Below, in pieces: positions 12,678 through 23,052 of a stretch of DNA of 64,000 nucleotides; the first letter of the stretch is position 1; every line of letters starts with the position of its first letter. The stretch comes from Calcarisporiella thermophila CBS 279.70 (taxonomy: Eukaryota > Fungi > Calcarisporiellomycota). The notes beneath the pieces are model-generated. The model saw nothing but the letters and a program-made list of their open reading frames with translations. It was not told the origin of the DNA and ran no database searches. Location: NCBI RefSeq assembly GCF_041956535.1, contig NW_027192221.1, forward strand, positions 85,271 through 149,270. Direction: 5' to 3'. Made by a program: the position numbers and the translations under genes.

Positions 12678-12935
12678 ATGTCACGCCTTCTAGTTCTGTC
12701 TTTTCTATTTTTCTCCATCTTCGCCCTTACTTTCTGGCAGGCGGCTGCCGCCCCCGTCCCATTCTCTTCCGGTGAGGGCGAGTCAGTCCTCAGTTTTCCA
12801 ACACGAAAGAGCGAGTCAGCTGTGTTGAGTCGCTTCCAGGGCTTGTCCAATGACGAGGAGAAACGGGTGCGTCGTGAGATTCATCGGATATTTGAGGAGA
12901 GGCGAAATGTCATGGCGAGTGTACTGGCTGAGTAA
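12678..12935 (+). CDS. Small secreted protein, 85 aa, no Cys, with dibasic sites
   Basis: Clear signal peptide (MSRLLVLSFLFFSIFALTFWQAAA-APVP). KR/RR sites. Pyrimidine-rich leader upstream. Confidence 0.65.
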   Translation: MSRLLVLSFLFFSIFALTFWQAAAAPVPFSSGEGESVLSFPTRKSESAVLSRFQGLSNDEEKRVRREIHRIFEERRNVMASVLAE

Positions 12936-13413
12936 TCAGAAAGGACACCCGTTGAAGTCTATTGTTTGTCGGGCCTATGTACCTATTCCCCCCCCCCCCT
13001 CCCCCTCATCTTATTGCAATCTCACTCTATAGAAAAGATGATGTGTTTAAATCTGAAAACCCTATGAATAAAACAAGTGGCGATGATACAAATCCATACT
13101 GATCATTCTGGCATCCCTTCCATTCGTTGAGCGAGGGCGAGCCCATGAGCTCAATTCAACCTTCTTCATAGGACCTATCCTAATGTTTGTGGCGGCTATC
13201 TCATGCCTATCGATGTCTGCAACCCATTTGCATTGGGAAGGTGATGCGAAAATCCAATCAGAAGTTACCTTGTTGATTTGGTCGCAGGATGAAAATCTTA
13301 TTTTTCATATCCAAATTTCCCTTTCCTTAGTTTCAAAAAGAGTCCATTCCCAAACTCCCTGCATACAGCGTCATCCCATTCTGTGTGAGAAACCCACTCA
13401 TCTCATGTAAATC

Positions 13414-14926
13414 ATGCCCCAGACTATTGACTACCGTGTGTCTAAAGTGGTGGTTCTGTGCAAAGACTGTGGAGAGGATGTGGGTCTTTATCCAGCTCGA
13501 CATCGTTGCCGCAAGGTGGAACGGCCTCCGCTGCCGCCCATCCCCGCCCTTCCTCCACAGTATTTGAGCACGCCTTCGCCCTCGCCCTCTCCTTCTCCTT
13601 CTCTTTCGCCATCACGATCTGACGCCTCTGCAAAGCAATCGGATCCTAAGACGGGGACAAGCATGTGGGAGAGATTACGCAAGAATTGGACTGAGGGTGG
13701 TGAGCATTGCCTTGTTTATAGAGCCATGTTTTGAACCAACAATAAATGAACATTTGTTTTGTCAGCAGATTCTAGCACCGCTCAATCGTCAAAATCTGGA
13801 ACACTTTGGGATAAGCTGCTTTCAGCAACCGAGATATTGAGTCAGCGCAACGATTGGCCGGGTACAGAACAGAATTATTCTTGGTGGTCTTTCTTGTCGC
13901 ATTGTGCTAATCATCCGTAATCCTTTTTGAAATATTTCAGATTCAGACTGTTCTGATCACGAGGGTGAAACCCATGTGTCCCGATGTCTTCGCGAATATT
14001 ATGAATCCAAGGGTAGGATTCCAGAATGGCTTCGGGATGAGAAGTCGAAATCGTTTATCAGGGAATCCGTTTCAAAATCGCCATCCCCCACCCAGAATAA
14101 TCGCACAACAGGCGGTTCGCTCTTTCGAGATATTTATGATAATGCTCCGCAGACCGCTAATGAAAGAGAAAGGGAGCGGAAGCCGCGATTGTGGGAGGAG
14201 GATGCGCCCTCCGAGCGAACACGGACGAGAGAGATAGGAAGAGAGAAACACAGGGAACAGGACGCTGTACCAGAGCGTAAACCAAGACTATGGGAAGAGG
14301 ATGTTCCTCCCGCTTCGCCCTATCGTTCGAGGGACGAGAGAGATCAGGGAAATCGGATGAAACCGGGACAAAATGAACGGTACAGGGAGAGGGAGCGAAT
14401 GGAGAGAATACAACGGGATGAATACGAGAGGAGAGACAGAGGTGAAGGTGATCGGATGGACGGCCGCATGCAGCGCGCAGTTGAGCGGGAAGGTGAGAGA
14501 GGAGATAGTGGGAGAGGGAGAGACCAGCGGCAAGACGCCTACTACCGCCTAACCGGCGAATCGACTCATTCTCTGCACAGCACCGCCTCCACTTCCTCCT
14601 CCACCTCATCCTCCCGAGAACGAAGTAGACACCGAGACTATGATCGTGATCGCACCAGAGTGGACCCACGCTATAGGGTCGACCCGGGACCCCACTACGG
14701 ACATTCGCCTCAACCTCACCCCTCCTATCCCTATCCCCCCTCACAAACCTCATCTTCCTCTAGAAAACAATATGCGCCGCCTCCCCCTCCTACCGGGTAT
14801 CACAGAGGTGATTATCCTCCTGGTCCCATGTCCGAAAGAGAGTCCCCGATGCGAAGTCGAGAACGACGTTCTCCTGACGAATACCCCTCTTACAGACGGC
14901 ATCCACCGGCAACGCGTGGAATTTAA
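13414..14926 (+). CDS. MSO1: Mso1-like Sec1-binding protein with N-terminal CxxC..HxC knuckle; 3 exons
   Basis: Introns at about 13700-13765 and 13862-13940 give DHEGETHVSRCLREYYESKGRIPEWL, which resembles the Mso1 Sec1-binding motif. Long R/E/D/P-rich tail. Confidence 0.7.
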
Positions 14927-15649
14927 TTTTTTTTTTCCCCGGAGAATTTCTACGGTTGACTTGCCTTATTGTTTTCTTATTTTTTTACTAACTTTACTAA
15001 TATTTTCGATCTTTGCTGAACAAATAAATATTTGGACTTTAAGGGATCTATTTCCTGCCCTCAGCCCGTCTGATATCTGTACAATCGCGATCCGAAAGAT
15101 ATGAGGGTACATAGAACATTCGAACTTAATGACGTAGCTAAGCCCCCCCGCCATGGCAGATTTCTGGATTTGATCGACAAGGAATGTGGATGCAAGTTTA
15201 AGGCCCAAATTTTATGCCGAAGTTTTGACCAATTTTCGGGAACCATCTTTGTTCTTTTAATTTTTAGTTTAGCTTTTGATTGTTCCCTACATTTTTGCTT
15301 CTGGTCTCTTTTCGCGGTAGGCCTCTTTTCTCTCATCTCATTTCATGTAATGTGTTAATTAACCAAGGTAACCATTCTCTTGCCATTGAGCCGTGGAACG
15401 AAGCCATTGCGTGCTAATCTTCATTTCGACATTCTTAGGCATTGAACCTATAGTCCTAGTATTGAAAGCAAAAGGTAATGTAATGTTCACATTTGTTTTT
15501 TCTTATTCACACGCCTAACCCCGCTCCTCCTATCCATGCCGACCAGTTTTCTTCAAAGTGCGAATATCCCCTTAAACCCTTAATATACCACCTCTATATC
15601 TCGTTGCCCACCTTGGTTCATCTTCACTCGCCACGAAGATAACCCAAGA

Positions 15650-16871
15650 ATGAGCAAAGTGTTCCACATACTCTCTTTAATCTTGTGCTATCTTACACTT
15701 GCGCACGCGGTTGCGCGGCCCAGCCCAGCTCCTGGCGGAGTTGCCACCGCCACCAATTCCCCCTCCCCCACCAAAGATTATGCGCCGGCCGCTGCGGCTG
15801 CCGCCGCAAATCCCCCGGCTAGAACCCAAGATATTACCGACTCTGGCCTCGCAGCCCTCCATGCGAACGCTTCACCTCCCCGGCTTGCCGCAGTCGCAGC
15901 CGTCACCAAAAACGCCCTCCCCATCTTAGCCACCAATTTGAATTTACTCTCTCCCTTGCCTTCGCTACACCCCACACCTACAGTTCCAAACAATACCCAG
16001 GCGAAGCCACCATCGAAGAAGAAGGAGAAGATCAAGAAGACCAAGAGTGGGAAGGAGAAAGGAAAGAACGGAAGAGTCCCTGGGTTTAAGCCAGGGAGAC
16101 TTTTACAGAAGAATGCCGTCTTGTAAGTAGATGTGTTCTTAAGTGGGTGTATGGAGAATGGCCCTCTAAACCTCTAAAACCTTTTTCTTCTCTATTGCTC
16201 CTCCACTCCTCCTCCTTTTTTCCGCCTCTGTTCACTTCCCTAGTACATATTATTGGATGGTGCAGGATCAGAAATCGGGCTTTGGTAATCACGGCTCTCG
16301 CGGTGGAAAGTTGGTACAGCTCGCCAACTGTAGCGGGAAAACTATTGCCAGAGTCACCAAAGAGTTTGCCGACGCGCTCACAGTTGAGGGCAGTGGGATT
16401 CTAGAAAACGGGCTCCTTGTGAACTCGGCAGGATGCGAGTGTGGCCGTGACTTCAACTGTTTCAACCTACTGAACAACAGAAAATTCCCCTACGGTCAGT
16501 CCAGCATGGGGACTCCACTAAGGCCGTTCACCAGTATTGCGGCGAATGACCTCAGGGCAGGAACCAAAATCTACGTGCCTCAAGTCAGGGGATGGAAACT
16601 TCCCGGCTCAGACAGGGTGCATAATGTAAGTTGAGACTATTATTACCGATTGGGCGACCTTGCCTTGACCCCCCTCCCTCCCTCCCTCCCTTTTCTGCAG
16701 GGGTGCCTGCTGGTGGATGACAGAAGTACAAGCTTCAAATCCCATCATATCGACTTCTTTTGCGTAACTGAGGAGAACTACAAACGCCTGGACGAAAAGT
16801 ACCATGTCACTAAGGTGGACATTTACGAAGGAGGTAAACCCAGCCCTCATTATGGATTTGATCCGCCCTAA
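15650..16871 (+). CDS. Secreted protein with a 3D (three-Asp, MltA-related) domain; 3 exons
   Basis: Signal peptide, Ala/Pro/Thr linker and Lys-rich patch. Introns 16123-16243 and 16626-16700 give FTYYW...EGSGIL...PFTSIAANDL..GTKIYVP...HNGCLLVDDR...HHIDFF. Confidence 0.75.
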
Positions 16872-17485
16872 CGAAGCTGAAAACATAACTCTCCTCGTTT
16901 ATTCTACCTAGGAAACTGCAAACTCCTCGACTACACATAATTTCCTCACGGTTCCGCTCTCCTTCTCCATTTCTTCTCTCTATTTTTTTGGATTTTTTTG
17001 TTTTTAACCTGATCTTTCCACCATCTCCTTTCTCCATATCCTGCTGTATATTTTGACATATAAACTGATGCTATTTTTACTCCTCCCTCCCCCCCCCCCC
17101 CCTTCTTTCTTAAAACTTTTTATATAGGTTTCTAGGATAAAAGAGAAAATAAAATTCAAGCCATGTATGCTATATTGATTTTTACTTTTCTTTAACCACT
17201 TGTTTCTCCCATCTGTTTAAGGATCGATTATTTGTATTTTTTTTTTCCTTGGTTTCCCAATAAATTTCTTCTCTGTACCCGATTACTCCCCTATTTATTC
17301 CATTGCCTATCTATGTACAGCCTGTTTGTAGTGTTGAAACAAACAAATAAGGAAAGAAGAACTAGCAAAAAAGGGAATAGGTGTATCGTTGGATCCGAAA
17401 TAAACACAATGAAATAAGAAATGATCAATATCAACAGTAAGAATATATAACAATGGATAAACAGAAGTTCCCTGTGGCCACCGCC

Positions 17486-18535
17486 CTAAGACTTTCCCGG
17501 CGCGATGTCTCGGGGACCGAATAGTCTAAACATCCAATCCGGGTGCATCACTGCAATCACAACGGCGATGACAAGAGCCAACACCATCGAAACCATCGAG
17601 GCGACGCGGTTGCATTTTCGCCAACCCGGATGCTGGGTTTTCCCCGTGTAGATGCTGCCAATCCACCAGAGAGGAGGGCACACGAATCCACCCACGAAGA
17701 GAGCACAGCCCCACGACTCGATCCGCGATTTGAGATACATCTTGAGGGCGATGGCGGGCCGAAAAGAGGACAGAAAGGGTAGTTGCCTAACTGAAGACTG
17801 GGACACGCTACGCGGGAGAAATGGAGAGGAGTACAAGGCCGTGGGAGTGCTGCTCTCTGACCGCAGCTGGTAGATAAGTTGATATGCATCTAAAAATGGG
17901 GAGGGCTCCGAAGTGAGTGGGGGTTGAGCTATGCGCTGTGGGGGCTGAATCAAATGCTCGCGAATTGGAGCCAGATGGCCTAGTTTTGGAGGGAGAGGGG
18001 GTTTAGGGGGCAACTTCGGTACAGGTGAGGAAGGTAGCTCTAGGGAGAGATTCGCATTCGAAAAGGCGCATTTGCTATACCCATAAGGTCGCCCCTTATG
18101 GACCAATTCTCTCCGCTCCTCCCATGGGCGCTGTCTGAGTGGTGGCATTTGAGCTTGTGGTGGGAGAGACACGTAGTATGACCAAAAATCGCCCCAACCA
18201 TCCCGACCGCGAATTGCTTTCTCCTCATCCTGAACCACGCCCTCGGGTACGGCAAACTCCCCGCTATACGAGGATGCTTCCGATTTGGAGGAGAGAGAAG
18301 GCGAAGAGGGAGCGTCGCGAAAGGGTTGGGTGAGTTGGGTATGGACCTGGGTGGACGACAGATGGTGTCCTGATTTGCGATATGGGGAACGTGGATATGG
18401 TAGACGTGGATATGGGTCGCCTTTGGGAGATATCAACAATTGGGGACTCGACTGGATACAATTCACATTATAAAAGTCAAAGGATGGACTGGTGGCATCA
18501 TTGAACATGGGTGGGACCAAGGCTGTCCCGTGCAT
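17486..18535 (-). CDS. Pro/Ser-rich protein with two C-terminal transmembrane segments; unknown function
   Basis: Intact 349-aa ORF. LFVGGFVCPPLWWIG...WRKCNRVAS followed by a hydrophobic helix. Confidence 0.75.
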   Translation of the reverse strand: MHGTALVPPMFNDATSPSFDFYNVNCIQSSPQLLISPKGDPYPRLPYPRSPYRKSGHHLSSTQVHTQLTQPFRDAPSSPSLSSKSEASSYSGEFAVPEGVVQDEEKAIRGRDGWGDFWSYYVSLPPQAQMPPLRQRPWEERRELVHKGRPYGYSKCAFSNANLSLELPSSPVPKLPPKPPLPPKLGHLAPIREHLIQPPQRIAQPPLTSEPSPFLDAYQLIYQLRSESSTPTALYSSPFLPRSVSQSSVRQLPFLSSFRPAIALKMYLKSRIESWGCALFVGGFVCPPLWWIGSIYTGKTQHPGWRKCNRVASMVSMVLALVIAVVIAVMHPDWMFRLFGPRDIAPGKS

Positions 18536-20256
18536 AATTGCTCACAGTTGCTCTTCTGGCTCAGCAATTCAAAAACATAGATCCCACTCTACAATATATT
18601 CTCATAAGCGCAGCTAATGACAAGAATTTTTTCGGGCGGTATAACGACTAAAAAAAAAACACGAAAGAGAGAGAGGAAGAAGAGTAGTGCAATTGGAGCG
18701 AATTTGAATGCGGGTGGATTCAATTGTCGCGAAACGTTATTAAATGATTACAAAGTTTTTTCCAAAAATATCAGATAATAACTTTATGTGAGAAAAAAAA
18801 ATAGGAGAGTGGATATAATTGTAAAGTAAAATAATGAAGGAGGCCTGCAAACAATTAGGACGGGAGAGCTGGAGCGTTCGAGTCAAACGGACCGAGCTTG
18901 CGAGAATTCACAACGGATCCATTTTAACGCGCAAACCAAGTTGCAACTTGCCCATAATTTACCGTATCAAAACGCCAGTGCGGACTGAAGTTTTTGTCAC
19001 CTCCTTACGACCCACATTACTGTCCCAAACCTAAACAGGAAAAGAAAGCGTAATAATATTGCAGATAAATTAGCAAACGATGATGACATAACTATTATTT
19101 TCAGGCGCACAAGCCTTGTGGCTATGGCTCCTCTTAATGTTCTTCAACCTTTCTCATACTCCATACGGGCCATATAGGAGAGAAGGGAAAAATTCATTTG
19201 GGCATTTCGGGGCAGGACGTGAGGATCGAAAATGTAAATTGAGAATACACGAATAAGGTGTCGCCGAGAGCTTGGCGGGGAAGCAATGGCCATATTTCTT
19301 GCCACCATCCAAACACTAGTCAACGGAACGCTATCTAGACCTGCGAACACTCTCAAAATTCAGTCCTTAATCCTCACCTTCATCGCACGATGATTGCCTC
19401 ATATGCCTCTACGTCATAGCCGGAAAATGAAGGAATCAAGGCGGGATATCAGAGCACCTGCCAACAACGCCTCATTGTAGAGCTTAAGGCTTAGTGTAGG
19501 ATGCTGCGTAATGGGCTACTTTTTGAATCAATGATTTCGAGTAGACCTACTTCGCTACTCGTCAACGATCTACAATAGGAGGGGGGATAATGTGGTTGAA
19601 AGAATTCCTCCTGTGAATATCAAATGTCCAGCACGTGATTCAATATGCTTTTTTTTTCCCCGGCTATCTCGACGATTTCACGGCCTCCACTCGGTCTCCC
19701 GTAAGTATCTGTCCGTTGCATTGTAATGCACTTGTTGCCTTAAAAACATTATAGAAACGGGAGCATGCGGAAATAGAGAGAAAAAAGAAGACTTAAGGAG
19801 AAAAAAAGACGAGGGAGGTTCGCGCCCCTCTCCCCTGTATGGGCAGAAAGATAGAAAACTTAATCTACCTTGACTTCCTACGCCCTCTGTCCCCCTTCTA
19901 ACCCCCCACCCCCTCCCAACTCAGCCATTTAAATCTTAAAAAACCCAAATTGTTATACTCTCGGCACCACGGGGAATGGGGTTTAACCTTCCATTGAGGC
20001 CTATGGCATCAATTGACGAGAAGATACGAGAAACAAATACAAGACCCATTCCCCGGATGCGGCCATCCGTGCGTTAAGACACTAGAACGTGACAAAACTT
20101 AAACTTTTTTTCGTACTGGAAAAGTTGGAGATATTCAGAGGAAGTTTATAAAGTGCTCGCTATCTCTCTTCTCCCAACAATAGCAATTTTCATTTCTTCT
20201 ATTCTTCTTTAACCAAAAGAATATATTAAATTCGAATTTCTCTCCAACCATCATTG

Positions 20257-22362
20257 ATGAAAGAGGTTATGGAGTCAGGCAACGTAGAAAAGGCAGAAGA
20301 GGAGGAAGGCGACCTAGTTTTATCTTGCTCACAGTTTAACGGCAAGGCCGATTCCGACCATAACTTCTATGAAGAGAGCAGCATGGATCTAGTAAGCTAT
20401 CCGGCAAAAGTCCTCCCACTCCGTTCGTCAAGTGCCACCTGTTACAACACACTCGCGAAAAGCGCCTATCTGCACCCCCCTAATCACTCTTGCCCTAGTC
20501 TGGTATCTTCGAGAGTCTCCTCAAGGTGTGGAACATCCGACGCTGAATCGGAGGATCACTTAGACGATCCTGAGGAGGAGGATGCGAAATCAAGTGAAAT
20601 GCAAATGGGAGGCGACGCAGCCGTTTTGGGAGCACTGTGGACCAATGTCGATGAGAAAGAGAGAAAGTACGGAGATCCCAAGGCATGTCTGCATGTTGGA
20701 AAGTAAGTGATTACCTAATGGTCTCCGCCCGTGTTAAACTGATTTATCAATCTCACATCAATAGCCTTCCGATTAATATGAAGGAGGAAGAGCTCAGAGA
20801 CCAACTGGGATATCTATTCGAAAAGTATGGGCCTCTCCTCCATGAGATCAAAATATCCTACGATATCAACAGGCTTCCCACTGCATTTGTACAATTTCAG
20901 GTATTTTGATTTAACCGCGTTGTAGATATCCTTGATAAATTGGCCTCACCCTATGTGCTGGTTGACAGCATTTCCGTGATGCACAGGCAGTCATTGAGGC
21001 AAGCAACCTGTCCATTGGCGGACGTCGGCCGCGCATTAGGGAAGCGCATTGTAACCGCTGCTGGATCATTGCGGGAGTTCCAAAGGAGTTCGACGAAGAG
21101 GTTAGTGGAAAAGCTTTAGTTAAGGGGTGAACCGGTCAGAACGATCTCTTGCAAAATTAGGATTTCCGCGAAATGTTCACGTGCTACGACCACATCGAAG
21201 ACATCCGAGTCTTATGCAACTCGCAGACGGGAGAGAGAAAGGGGGCGATAGCGGTCATCTTCGAGCACTATGAAGACGCAAATGCCCACTTGCCTGTAAC
21301 CCCACTCCCGCTTTCTTTATCGTGCTCGCAAGATGAAGTTTAGTAATAGGAAATCCATATGTGATAGGGCCTACGCAGAGATTTCCCCAACTGGAGAATC
21401 AAGAAGGTTTCCCTCGAGGATGCGCTTGAGTTCGGGAAGCCCATATACAGAGATACAGGGGTGTTTGTACGATTCATCACAAATCCTACCGTGGGGATTG
21501 AAGAGGCTCTTCGGAAACAGTGTGAGCTGTTCGGAAATATTGTCAACATAGAAATAGTACGGGGAAGTGGATATGGTATGTTGAGATGTCTCTGCACTTG
21601 TTTGCCTTGGGCTGAATCTAAGTCGCGGACATGCATCATTAGACCGTGGTGCATATGCAATTGTGGTTTATGGAGAAGCAGAAGCAGCCAAAAATGCCCA
21701 AGTTATCATGGTAAATAGGCTCTGAATCCTGCCGAAACAATATCCTGTACCTGACCTGAGCTTCTTTCAAGGATAATACTACTCTGCTTGATACTCATAT
21801 CCGAGTGGATCCTCTCGAAACCAATGAGTTCAGCTATCCTTTCAAGCATAAACGGCTTCCTGACCCTAATCCTCCGAGCACTTCAGATTTCCCACCTACA
21901 AGCACGCCGTCATCTCAGGAATCCAGTTGCCACCAGCGAGTCCAGCAAGGACTAGTGCTAACGGAACAATTCTCCAACCTTGTTATTCCCTTTTTTCATT
22001 TTCTACCGGCACAATTCTCCAATATGAACCTACAACAACATCCTCACTTGCATCTACAACCCCCATCCTACAATAGGTATGCCTTTCCCCGATCAGAATT
22101 CCAGCTCTCGAACACTGCTCCCTGGACATGGGAATCTTTCTCCTGGCTTGTGCCTCAACATCCTTCCAGCCACTTATCGGCTTACGATGCTGTCAGGATG
22201 AACCCAGCGTCTCTTGTTGGCCTCACCGAACATCCATATCCACCAGCACAGCCTCCTATGATGATGCCGGCCTATTGTTCTGCTCTAAATTGGATCAAAT
22301 CTCACAGAAGGAGATTCCATCGGCGCAAGAGCTATAGTAATAACATTCATCTACAGCCCTAG
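20257..22362 (+). CDS. Rim4-like RNA-binding protein (3 RRMs plus low-complexity C-terminus); 7 exons
   Basis: Introns 20703-20764, 20901-20968, 21101-21160, 21296-21367, 21576-21642 and 21711-21771 keep one frame. RRM1 (DPKACLHVGNLP...LFEKYG...PTAFVQF) resembles Rim4 RRM1. Confidence 0.7.
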
Positions 22363-22836
22363 TATCCATAGGGCCATGTGTTTATATCGATGTAGTCTTC
22401 TTAAAGCCATTTGTTTTTCTCTGGTCTATAATTAGTATTTCACTTACTTCGCACTGGAAATAACATATAGCGGATGTCTCTGTGAAATGGACCCACTTAA
22501 GTCCGTACCCAATCCTAAATTTTTTGTCGAACGTGTATATATGAACTCCCCTTTGCTGTTTGCATTTTTTGCGTTTCACTTTCTCCAAATTAGTATGCGA
22601 TCATTCTCCTTGCCATTTTTAAATAAATAAACAAATGTATATGTATATTGGTAAGTACGTAGGAGCCAAAGCAGATATCATGAGTTGAAGCAGAAGTGGC
22701 TGAAATCAAGGGCGTATACCCGGCTAGAATGAGAAAATGAATAGCAGAATAAAAACTAGCGTTCTAGAATACAAACGGATAGGCTGAATATATCGACAAT
22801 AAAAAAAAAGAAACCAAAGCGTTTTCAGGCGCCTCG

Positions 22837-23052
22837 CTAATCCATTAACCGCATAATATTGAATTTTCCTGCCGCAGTCTCGGCCGTCTCCTTCAAGTCG
22901 TCCTTCGCTGCGGGGGCCCGGACGTTCTCGAGAAGCACGACAGGAATAAAAGAGTTTAACGAGTCGGTGGAGGAGACGGAGGAGGCAGTCGGGGAGCTGG
23001 AAGTGTTGAAGAGAGGATCAGCGGTAATGGCGGGAATATTGATGGGCTTCAT
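22837..23052 (-). CDS. Putative 71-aa Ser-rich microprotein
   Basis: ATG preceded by AAAA. Coding-like codon use. CT-rich leader and TATAAATA at 23266-23273 on the same strand. Confidence 0.5.
   Translation of the reverse strand: MKPINIPAITADPLFNTSSSPTASSVSSTDSLNSFIPVVLLENVRAPAAKDDLKETAETAAGKFNIMRLMD

Noticed and set aside
13036-13106. Possible box C/D snoRNA (ATGATG...CTGA...CTGA)
   Set aside because: Imperfect C box, no guide sequence I can verify, and probably just 3' UTR.
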